A program made the position numbers and the translations under genes. A stretch of 64,000 bases of DNA, taken from an uncultured Lachnospiraceae bacterium. GTDB taxonomy: Bacteria; Bacillota; Clostridia; Lachnospirales; Lachnospiraceae. The notes under the pieces were generated by a model, which was not told where the DNA came from, did no database searches, and saw only the letters and a program-made list of their open reading frames with translations. This document shows, in pieces, positions 37,145-45,655 of the stretch. Position 1 is the first letter of the stretch. The number at the start of each line of letters is the position of its first letter. The stretch covers positions 14,353-78,352 of the forward strand of contig CAJUTQ010000074.1 of NCBI GenBank assembly GCA_910589265.1. The letters are read 5' to 3'.

Positions 37145-37658
37145 AAGTTCCTCCTTCTATAAAGTTGACTTATCCTTAAAGCCGGATAATTCGGGTTCTT
37201 CACTTTGTTCCTATTGCAGGAACTTCTACGCTACTACAACCCAATTTGCCCACATGGCTACATCGTTACTCTTATCTTACGGTTCTTCCGCTTGATATTA
37301 CTCCCTTAACATCAGCCTGTGGGTTCCCACGTTACGTACAGACACCTGTGTAAAGTTCATGCCGCCTTTATACCGCCCACTGTCTGGACAGTAAACAGCT
37401 TTTCCTCCAGACTTATCCAAGGATAACGACTAACCCCTAGTTCTGATGGAATCTCCACACTTTCGACATTTCCGTAAGCGGTTCATATGTTCCTTCATCT
37501 CCTTCACACTCACCCGACAGTTAATAACTGCCTTTTCCCTAACACTTGGTACCATAGCTTTTGACTACAGCACCTTAGAGTGGTTTGGAGCCTCCACTAT
37601 CATCTGTACAGCATATCCATCTTCAAATAACTATGCTACTTGTCGCCTTCGTGGCGCA

Positions 37659-38380
37659 CAGTCGTCCGAACACCTCACAAACCTATGCCCTCTGCGTGTC
37701 AGTTCCCTGTCTAGTTCATTCAGCATAGCATTACTAAGCAATGAACTTGTCGGTCCGCCTTGGGACATTCCTGTTTCTATCTTTTCGAATATCCCCCTGC
37801 TAATGACTACTTCTTTGAGATATTTATGTATCAGCGATATTGCCCTCCCGTCTACTATGGTCTTTGATAATATTTCTGGCAATTTGTTCTGGCATACCAT
37901 ATCAAAGAATTTCTCTATATCCATGCCCACAACATTCACATATCCATCATCAGCATTCTGCTGACATTGTTTTAGGGGATCATGCACACCTCTCTTTGGT
38001 CGAAAGCCAAAACTGTTTTCCGAAAACTATTCCTCATAGACTAGGGACAGCACCTGTATGATTGCCTGCTGGAATACCCTGTCAACTACTGTCGATACTC
38101 CCAGTCTTCGAAATTCGTCTTTTGTTTCTTTGGGTATCTCTACCCTGCGGGCTGGATTGGATCTGTATTTCCCATCCTTTAATTGCTGAATTAGGCTCAC
38201 TTGGTTATCTCTCAGGAACGGTAGAAACTCATCCACGTTCATCCTATCGCCACTGCTTGCTCCTTTTATTGGATTTCACTTTCTTGTATGCATTATTTAG
38301 ATTAGTCGGCTGTAAAATCTTCTCCAACAGTCTGTCCGTCTGAAAGTCTGTGATGATATGGTTGTTTAATGCGAACTCCT
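37659..38380 (-). pseudogene. Intron B reverse transcriptase, N-terminal fragment (RT domains 0-5)
   Basis: LLEKILQPTNLNNAYKKVKSNK, then a frameshift at the A-run near 38264, GASSGDRMNVDEFLPFLRDNQVSLIQQLKDGKYRSNPARRVEIPKE...LGVSTVVDRVFQQAI, a second frameshift near 38000, then FRPKRGVHDPL...GMDIEKFFD...GMSQGGPTSSLLSNAML...FVRCSDD. No intact start codon. Confidence 0.75.
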
Positions 38381-38756
38381 TTCCCAATGCCAGCCCCTAA
38401 CAGGCGTACACTTCTACATACTCTTTCGATTCCGTCGATACCTTTTGTAGATAGTCCTCAATATGTAGTTATCTATCCTTAAATCTATCATTAGTTACAG
38501 TCCTTCTACTCACATCTCCTAAAGTTCAGTCCTTCCCATCATGTTTGCAACTACGATGGTACTATGACCTCTGCTGACTTTTCGCCATTCGTTGTTACTA
38601 CAGTTTTTACTTAGTTTCCGTCTGCTGATGAGGCTTCTGTTGGTATCACACATTTCTTTCTCTCCACCTATTTAGTTTGTGTTGCAACCTCGTCCTTAAC
38701 TCTAGCCTGATGTGATTTCTGTACGTCAGACCAGAGATTTGTCAACGTTATGCGAA

Positions 38757-38784
38757 GCTTCGCATAATGTAAATTATGAACAGT
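38757..38784. repeat. 28-bp dif-like recombination site (11-bp arm, 6-bp spacer, 11-bp arm)
   Basis: GCTTCGCATAA TGTAAA TTATGAACAGT matches E. coli dif as I recall it (GGTGCGCATAA TGTATA TTATGTTAAAT) at about 21/28 positions. It matches remembered B. subtilis dif at about 20/28. Confidence 0.5.
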
Positions 38785-38871
38785 ACGTTATTATGCAAAG
38801 TTGAGTCCAAATTTTGTTGGATTTCTTACGGTATGGACTCTTTTTAACTTCGCATAATTCGGAATCACTCC

Positions 38872-39766
38872 TTACAAAGATTTGAGCCAATCAAGAAGAT
38901 CTTTATCCTTTTTCCATGCTGATAGTTTGTCAGATGAGGGACTACTATAAGCTTCCATCAATGCTTTACATTTCATTTTTTCATCTGACTGGACGTAAAT
39001 CTCGGTTGTTGAAATAGCAGAATGTCCCAGTAAATCTCTGATATAAATAAGATTGACACTGGATTAAAGCAGATGCATTGCCTTACTGTGCCGCAGCCAA
39101 TAAGGTGGAATCTCACCGGATATGTCTTTTACTCCGGCGGCCTGAGCTTGTTGAGCATATTTTTTCAAAATATATGTTACCCTGGCTCTTGTCAGTGGTT
39201 TATTTCCACGATTAGTGAACAAATGGTTACGGCTAATGCAGGCAAACACAATTCTGCCCCTTCCATATACTATTTCCTAAGTTCGCTGATATCAATACAA
39301 AGATAGGTCATTGTTGTTTCGGTAGTTGTATGTCCCAGGATTTGCAACATAACAGGAAACGGAATCTCATGTTCCATCAAACGGCTTGCAAGGCTGTGGC
39401 GAAGCGTATGGGATCCTTTCTTTTTCTATAAAACCATTCTCATGGTAGTATTTCAGATAATATCGTACCGCACGCATTGTATGATTTATGGTTGGTTTTT
39501 CATAACAGCTCAAAGATATCATGAAATCCAAAACATCTTTAAGAGACAATGTATCCAGAGAAGAACTATTTCTCTTCTTTAAAAAAGGCAAAAAACCTTT
39601 CCAGATATAAACGGAAAAACTGATTCGATTTTTTGATGATTCCGCTTTTCTCCCAATAGGAAATATATGCTTGTGCGCTGTCTTTGAATCCTTCGGGGAA
39701 GGTATATGTTCTTTTATCCATAACAAGATAAAGAGTGACATTTCCTGAACGTTGGTATTCTGCCAA
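38872..39766 (-). pseudogene. Tyrosine recombinase/integrase, multiply disrupted
   Basis: The fragments are the N-terminal SAM-like domain (39766-39367, one frameshift), LFTNRGNKPLTRARVTYILKKYA...PYWLRHSKAMHLL, an in-frame TAA at 39064-39066, then SSVNLIYIRDLLGHSAISTTEIYVQ. These carry the HxxR, GH and catalytic Y boxes. Confidence 0.75.
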
Positions 39767-39984
39767 AGCATTTATACAACGGGAATAGGCTGTACACCAT
39801 TTTTTCTGCTTGATTTTCTATGACATGGAATAATGCTCTTCTAAAAACTGTAATCCAAAGTCCATGCTAAAAGAATCCGTATTGTGTTCCTCCTTAAGTA
39901 ATTTGATAAAAATACACTTAAATCGTGATGGATTATGGAAAGTACATCAACCAAAGAATGCTTTATTCATAAGGATTTTTATCG

Positions 39985-40015
39985 CCAACTTTGCATAATG
40001 TGTAGCTTTTCATAA
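39985..40015. repeat. Terminal half-site pair of the recombinase element
   Basis: CCAACTTTGCATAA TGTGTA GCTTTTCATAA: two ...CATAA half-sites separated by 6 bp. They belong to the same motif family as 38748-38803 and 38846-38857. Confidence 0.5.
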
Positions 40016-40134
40016 CCGACACCTTCCTTCAGATTCCACCTCACGATGGGTGCCTTGGTATCGGCTGTATCCTTCCCACTATTAGGGCGGATTTAGGACT
40101 TTCACCCACTAGATACGTGCGCCACAAGGCATAC

Positions 40135-40172
40135 AACAAAAGGCCAATATTCTATGAAATGAGAACATTGGC
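40135..40172 (-). terminator. Intrinsic terminator of the dehydrogenase gene, and insertion target of intron B
   Basis: Minus strand GCCAATGTTCT-catttcat-AGAATATTGGC forms an 11-bp stem with one G-U pair, followed by CTTTTGTT. The intron 5' end GTATG starts at the next nucleotide (40134). Confidence 0.7.
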
Positions 40173-40260
40173 TATAAAAGCTTTTCTATCTTTACAAAAG
40201 CAACAAAAAGAACAGATAAGTCTACAAAACAACTATATTGACAAGAAAACACTAAATGTA

Positions 40261-41589
40261 TTACAGTCTCCAGTACCAATAACCTTTTTCTATTACTTCT
40301 TTTTTATTCATAATACTTTTTATATCAATAATCACCTTTTGGCTTGTATCCATCGTTTCACAAAACATTTTGTCAAACTCTTCTAATTTCATTGAAACAA
40401 ATTCACGATGGGCTACAGCAATAACAATACAATCTGCCTCCTTCACCTCTGTGATTTCTTTTAAATTATAACCATATTCTCTTTTTACTTCTTCCTTATC
40501 TGCCAAAGGATCTACAATCACTGGATATATCCCATATTCATTCACTAAATAATCTATAATTTCCATCCCTTTTGAATTTCTAACATCTGGGCAGTCCTCC
40601 TTAAAAGTTACCCCCAGAAAAACAATATTTGCCTCTTTTACTTTCTTATTTGTCAAAACAAGTTGCTTAATAATAGACTCAGCAATAAAAATAGGCATAT
40701 CGTCATTAATTCTTCTGCCTGAAGAAATTATTTGTGAATGGTACCCTAATTTTTCTGCCTCATAGACAAAATAATAGGGATCTACGCCAATACAATGTCC
40801 CCCCACTAATCCTGGATAAAATCCTAATGCATTCCACTTTGTGTTCATTGCTTCTATTACTTCTTTTGTATCAATACCCATCTTATCAAACGCCATTGCC
40901 AATTCATTAATAAATGCAATATTAATATCTCTTTGGCTATTTTCTACAACTTTAGCTGCCTCAGCCACCTTGATGCTACCTGCCTTGTGAACGCCAACTT
41001 TAACAACTAGTTCATATAGTTTTGCAATTTCTTCCAAAACTTCCTCATCCATCCCTGATACAATTTTTGTTATATTATCCAAACGATGTACCTTATCCCC
41101 AGGGTTAATTCTCTCTGGAGAATATCCTACTTTAAAGTCTGCCCCACATTTTAATCCAGACTCTTCCTCTAAAATAGGGACACAAATATTTTCTGTTACT
41201 CCTGGATAAACAGTAGATTCATATACAACAATTGATCCTTTTGTTAAGTTTCTGCCCAAAAGTTTACTAGCTTCTTCTACAGGCTTTAAATCTGGGGTCT
41301 TGTCTTGATTTATAGGGGTTGGTACTGCTACTATAAAAAACTTTGCCTCCTTAAGTTTCAAAGGATCTGATGTAAATAGCAGATTTGTTTCTCTTATAGC
41401 CTCATTTCCTACTTCTTTTGTAGGATCAATTCCTTTCTTATACAAATTTATTTTTTCTTCATTTAAATCAAACCCTATTGTATCTATTTCTTTGGCAAAA
41501 GCAACAGCAATAGGCATTCCCACATATCCAAGCCCAATTACTGCCAGTTTTTCTTTTTTATTGAATAATTGCTCATATAAAGAACTCAT
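40261..41589 (-). CDS. UDP-N-acetyl-hexosamine 6-dehydrogenase (TviB/WbpO/WbpA-type nucleotide-sugar dehydrogenase)
   Basis: KLAVIGLGYVGMPIAVAF, VAVPTPI, GYSPERINPGDKVH and GLVGGHCIGVDPYY (catalytic Cys). The 442-aa length fits. Confidence 0.85.
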   Translation of the reverse strand: MSSLYEQLFNKKEKLAVIGLGYVGMPIAVAFAKEIDTIGFDLNEEKINLYKKGIDPTKEVGNEAIRETNLLFTSDPLKLKEAKFFIVAVPTPINQDKTPDLKPVEEASKLLGRNLTKGSIVVYESTVYPGVTENICVPILEEESGLKCGADFKVGYSPERINPGDKVHRLDNITKIVSGMDEEVLEEIAKLYELVVKVGVHKAGSIKVAEAAKVVENSQRDINIAFINELAMAFDKMGIDTKEVIEAMNTKWNALGFYPGLVGGHCIGVDPYYFVYEAEKLGYHSQIISSGRRINDDMPIFIAESIIKQLVLTNKKVKEANIVFLGVTFKEDCPDVRNSKGMEIIDYLVNEYGIYPVIVDPLADKEEVKREYGYNLKEITEVKEADCIVIAVAHREFVSMKLEEFDKMFCETMDTSQKVIIDIKSIMNKKEVIEKGYWYWRL

Positions 41590-41700
41590 TCATTATCTCC
41601 TTTGTGTTTAGTTCTACATATATAATATATATAAATTATTATAATCATACCACAGTAATAGGAATTACTCAATATAATTTCGTCATTCTGCTAATCTTAA

Positions 41701-43653
41701 CTACTTATGGATACAGTATACTGTCGGAGAATATGGAGCATCTATCTTTATTGTCTTTACTTTATCTGAAGTTATTAGAAATTGGTAAAATGCAGTTTTC
41801 TCTAACCCTGACGTTAAATCCTCATGGATAATGACTGCTCCAATATGTTTGCTTTTTACCAGTTGTTCTATTTCTTCTAAAGATTCTTCTGCAATTAATT
41901 CATATACATAAGCAGATGGTATTAATTTACCTGGATTCTTTAGATAAGTATTAATAGGTAAATAATTCGTTAATATTATTTCATTGTCACCTATATTATC
42001 TTCTCCCACCTTGGCAACTTGTCTCATTTGCGAAGCAATGTTTTCATGGGACTTTCTATCTTTAGGCCAATTAACATTTATTATAATGTTAGCACCAAGA
42101 AATAACATTATAACGCTTATATATACTATGGCCTTTCCTAATCTTTGATTATAAATTGTTAAGAATAGACTGAAATAAGCAACTATCATTACAAGGGGAA
42201 TAACATATAAATATATATTATATCGTTCATTTTGCACAAACCAATCTGAAAAATAATATCCTTTTATATCAAACACTCCTAATACTGGTAATAAATTAAA
42301 TAATTCTACAATTGACAGTATAAAAAGCAACCTTTCTGTGTCCTTTATTTTCCTTTTCCATAGTTTTATACATCCTTGCAAAAATGCATATAATGTAGCT
42401 ATAAAACCTAAAATGATAACCATAGATAAAAAAAAGTTACCTATTCCTTCTTTAAAAAGAAATAAAGAATTCATTTTTTCCTGGAAATTAGAGTGTCCTA
42501 ATGGCTGAGACTGGGAATAAAGAGGGGTTCCCTGTGTCAAAATACGCCTATAAAACCGAAAATATCCTGTCTCAAAATACATTATCACATTTCGTGTAAA
42601 ACATACAGCAGCTCCTAAAAAGTAGAAAAATCCATATGTTAAGATTTTTTTTAATGGTACATGTAATATCAAAAGTAAAATAACTGCTGGTATCCCTGAT
42701 ATTCCCAGCATTAAAAAACCTAACCCATGACTCTGCCCAACAAAAAGACTTGCCAAAAATAGCATTACATACTCTTCTATATTTCTTTCATCATTTAATG
42801 AAGTAGATGTTAGTCTCCTTTTTATGATAGACAAAAATATAATTAAAAACATACTTATTGCTGTAATACGAAATCCCTCTCTATCTCCTCCTATATAAAT
42901 ACCATAAATTCTGTGGAAATAGAATAATGCACCAAAACTGACAGTTAAAACAAAACATGATTTTTTTATTATCAATGAAAGACCTATAAATGCTGCTGAC
43001 ATACTAATTAATGTCATAATCAAATATGATTTTATAACAGGTTGATTACAAATTTCTATTGTCTTCTCTGGTATTTTCATAATGCCATGAGCTAAATAAG
43101 TAATCCAAAATACACCATGAGAATCCTGTTCTACTGTGTCTTCCTTTCCATCTTTCCACTTGTCTCTTGCATAAATACTCGGTTCCTCTGCATAATATTT
43201 TGCTTCAAGAACATATTGATTAATATCATAATTAACAAGAGGAGCATAATAAAATTCTATAATATTAGCCACCAGTCTGCATAATAATATCACAGATAGT
43301 GCAGGCAAAATCCACCATTCTAAACTCTTTTGTTTTCTATGCTTCTTTTTTTGAATATTACTAATAAATTTTACAAAATGTGAAATAGTTCCTGAAAAAA
43401 TTACCCAGAGGAATAATATACATAAAGGCATCCATCGAGAAATAATATTTGGAGCATTTGGCAAAAGTATACCAACAAGACATACACACATAGAAATGTA
43501 AAAAGGAGTACTTGCCACTCCAAATAAAACTCTTATAGGCCAGTCTGCAAATAGTAACTTTTCGTTTCTATACATAAACACTGCCAGCAATCCTGCTGTC
43601 AAAAAAAGTTCCAACCAATTACCCATTCTAAAACCACGCCTTTCCTTTGTCAC
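41701..43653 (-). CDS. Large polytopic membrane protein with a ~130-aa C-terminal soluble domain (polymerase/GT-C-like candidate)
   Basis: 650 aa with about 14 TM segments and no recognisable motif. ATGA-type overlap with the amidotransferase gene upstream. Confidence 0.6.
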   Translation of the reverse strand: MTKERRGFRMGNWLELFLTAGLLAVFMYRNEKLLFADWPIRVLFGVASTPFYISMCVCLVGILLPNAPNIISRWMPLCILFLWVIFSGTISHFVKFISNIQKKKHRKQKSLEWWILPALSVILLCRLVANIIEFYYAPLVNYDINQYVLEAKYYAEEPSIYARDKWKDGKEDTVEQDSHGVFWITYLAHGIMKIPEKTIEICNQPVIKSYLIMTLISMSAAFIGLSLIIKKSCFVLTVSFGALFYFHRIYGIYIGGDREGFRITAISMFLIIFLSIIKRRLTSTSLNDERNIEEYVMLFLASLFVGQSHGLGFLMLGISGIPAVILLLILHVPLKKILTYGFFYFLGAAVCFTRNVIMYFETGYFRFYRRILTQGTPLYSQSQPLGHSNFQEKMNSLFLFKEGIGNFFLSMVIILGFIATLYAFLQGCIKLWKRKIKDTERLLFILSIVELFNLLPVLGVFDIKGYYFSDWFVQNERYNIYLYVIPLVMIVAYFSLFLTIYNQRLGKAIVYISVIMLFLGANIIINVNWPKDRKSHENIASQMRQVAKVGEDNIGDNEIILTNYLPINTYLKNPGKLIPSAYVYELIAEESLEEIEQLVKSKHIGAVIIHEDLTSGLEKTAFYQFLITSDKVKTIKIDAPYSPTVYCIHK

Positions 43654-45638
43654 ACTTTATATTGTTTTTTAATCTTATTAATAACCTTTAAGGCATCTTC
43701 CATTGGAACATGTATTGAATCAAAATACCATTTCATTGACTCAAACCGCGGTTCATTATCTTTGTAAATTAGCTCTAATCCCTCTTCCCTTGTGATCATT
43801 CCCTCTCTTATTTGGTTGCTCCTTAAAGTATCATTTTCTGTAAAACCGCAAACTGTATAATATATATAATTATAAAAGGGGGCTGTGCCATCTCCTATCC
43901 TCCATGTGGATTCTGTATCCTTAGCTTTTTCCCAATCATATTCTTCCGCCAATACTTGATTAATTACCTGTTCATCCCACGGAATGTAATGAAATAGCCT
44001 AAAATAGTGATGAGGAATTATATAGTAACTACAAGCAGCACCCAATGTATCTATAAGAGAAGAATTTATATAATCTCTATTTCCAAAAAATTGAGTCACA
44101 TAGTATTTTGCCATTTTTAATATATCCCTTATAGGTAACTGCTCTAGCTCCATATATATGTCTGATTTTAAAATTGATGGTTCAATGCCACAAAATCCTG
44201 ATTTAAAATGAGTCTTTTCATAAGGATTGGAGGCTAGCAAAATATGATCTAATTGATACTCTTTTTTTATTTTGTTTGCATAATAAAAATATTGCTTATC
44301 TCCAGCCATAAATAGTGGAATCATACCTAAATCAGGCTTTTTTAACCATGCTTCTACATTTTTTTTAATATGGGAGCGTTTCTTACTAATATTTGCAGAA
44401 ACAGGAATAAACTCTACTCCCAGCTTACTACACATTCTAGACTGATTTCTTCTGGCTAAGTCTGTAACCATTCCCCAATCATAGCTAAATGCTATTGGCT
44501 TTAAGCCAAGTTCTTTTACAAAATAATGAAGTCCATAACTACTATCTCTACCTCCGCTAAACGCAACAATAGAATCTGTTTTCCCCTTATAATGTTTCTT
44601 TAATCTCTCAGCCCATTGTCTTAATTTATCCTCGCCAATACATTGTTGGCGTTTATATGTTTTACAATAATTACAAACATTCTTATCATCAAACTGGATA
44701 AAAGGCATTGTCTCTGGCAGCAAACATTTTGTACATCTTTTTAATTTACGAATTGGCTCTACATCCACATCATATATAGAATATCGTTGGGGATTATAAT
44801 ATGTCTTTTTTTGAATGTAATAACTATTTTCTAAATACTTATGAAAATTTCTTTTTTTAACTTTAGCACGTTCATCCCAATTTATAAATTGAAATTCTTC
44901 TGGATAATACACTTTCATCTTTTTTAAATCAATAAAAATAGAATTCATAACTTGATGAATTATCTGTCCTTCAAACTCTTTTTTCAAATTCCAGTTCTTA
45001 TTTATTATTTTCTTTAATATCATTTTCTCAGATGCTGCAATAATTGTTTTTCCTTTTTTTCCTGCAACATAATATAAGGAACCATTATTCGTACATAATG
45101 CTGCAAATTCTATATCTGTAAATAATGTGATTGTAGAAGCCATCCCATTTAACTCAGAATAAGCATGTTCTAGCGCCTTTTCTATTGTATATCCTTGTTG
45201 ATATTTATCATTTAATAATTTTACAAATATTTCTGTATCTAATTCACTTTTCGCCTCCCAATCCTTATATTTTTCCCATAATTCTCTATCATTCACAATA
45301 ATTCCATTATGGACTGTTGCTATGTTTCCGCATAAAATAGGCTGATTATTTTCTGGCAAGTGCTGACAGCCATTCGTTACCAAACGTGAATGCCCAATGT
45401 AAACCTCATGATTACAATAATTATCAAGTAGCAGCTGTTTAAAAATATTCTCTTTTAACAATTTTGAGGATGGTTTTGGCATCTTAATTGTTAACACCTT
45501 ATTATCTGTCATTTTTGTGATGCCACTAGCTTCTTTTCCCCTTGACTGAGAAAGAATCATTAAATCACCTAAAATCCTTTTTTTCTCTTTTACTGTATAC
45601 CATCCTCTTTCAGAAAAAAACCCCCAAATTCCGCACAT
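43650..45638 (-). CDS. Fusion: class II (Ntn) glutamine amidotransferase domain plus WbpG-like N-acetyl-sugar amidotransferase (PP-loop)
   Basis: The N-terminus is MCGIWGFF...GHSRLVTNG...NNQPI. The C-terminal half has CTKCLLPETMPFIQFDDKNVCNYC (zinc ribbon) followed by the PP-loop IVAFSGGRDSSY. Confidence 0.75.
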   Translation of the reverse strand: MCGIWGFFSERGWYTVKEKKRILGDLMILSQSRGKEASGITKMTDNKVLTIKMPKPSSKLLKENIFKQLLLDNYCNHEVYIGHSRLVTNGCQHLPENNQPILCGNIATVHNGIIVNDRELWEKYKDWEAKSELDTEIFVKLLNDKYQQGYTIEKALEHAYSELNGMASTITLFTDIEFAALCTNNGSLYYVAGKKGKTIIAASEKMILKKIINKNWNLKKEFEGQIIHQVMNSIFIDLKKMKVYYPEEFQFINWDERAKVKKRNFHKYLENSYYIQKKTYYNPQRYSIYDVDVEPIRKLKRCTKCLLPETMPFIQFDDKNVCNYCKTYKRQQCIGEDKLRQWAERLKKHYKGKTDSIVAFSGGRDSSYGLHYFVKELGLKPIAFSYDWGMVTDLARRNQSRMCSKLGVEFIPVSANISKKRSHIKKNVEAWLKKPDLGMIPLFMAGDKQYFYYANKIKKEYQLDHILLASNPYEKTHFKSGFCGIEPSILKSDIYMELEQLPIRDILKMAKYYVTQFFGNRDYINSSLIDTLGAACSYYIIPHHYFRLFHYIPWDEQVINQVLAEEYDWEKAKDTESTWRIGDGTAPFYNYIYYTVCGFTENDTLRSNQIREGMITREEGLELIYKDNEPRFESMKWYFDSIHVPMEDALKVINKIKKQYKV

Positions 45639-45655
45639 GGCACTTTATCCCCCTC

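Larger units (their letters stand above)
36242..37658 (-). mobile_element. Group II intron A nested inside the RT gene of intron B (twintron-like), ORF decayed
   Basis: The 5' end GTGCGCCACGAAGG begins at 37658 directly after codons ...RCSDD of RT-B. Domain V is at 36275-36309, followed by a D6-like hairpin AGAGGCT...AGCCTCT and ...GGTCTAC ending at about 36242. The flanks rejoin in frame as DD-F. Confidence 0.75.
38748..40015 (-). mobile_element. 1.27-kb tyrosine-recombinase element inserted into domain I of intron B
   Basis: It splits otherwise contiguous intron RNA. The ends are TTATGAAAAGCT (minus strand, 40015) and AGCTTCGCATAA (38748), matching 10/12 as inverted repeats. The subterminal inverted copies are TTATGCAAAGTTG at 38791-38803 and its reverse complement at 39986-39998. 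Confidence 0.6.
35836..40134 (-). mobile_element. Group II intron B (class-C-like), 3'-truncated and doubly interrupted
   Basis: The 5' end is GTATGCCTTGTGGCGCACGTATCTAGTGGGTGAAAGTCC...GGTGGAATCTGAAGGAAGGTGTCGG at 40134-40016, 8 nt after a terminator hairpin. The RNA resumes at about 38747 (CAAATCTCTGGTCTGACG...AAAAGTCAGCAGAGGTCATAGTACC...GGGAAGGACTGAAC) and leads into the RT ORF. No domain V/VI was found after the ORF stop at 35836. Confidence 0.75.

Noticed and set aside
40117-40386. 89-aa plus-strand ORF spanning the intron 5' end, the terminator and the dehydrogenase 3' end
   Set aside because: It crosses three independently supported features on the opposite strand and has a low-complexity sequence.
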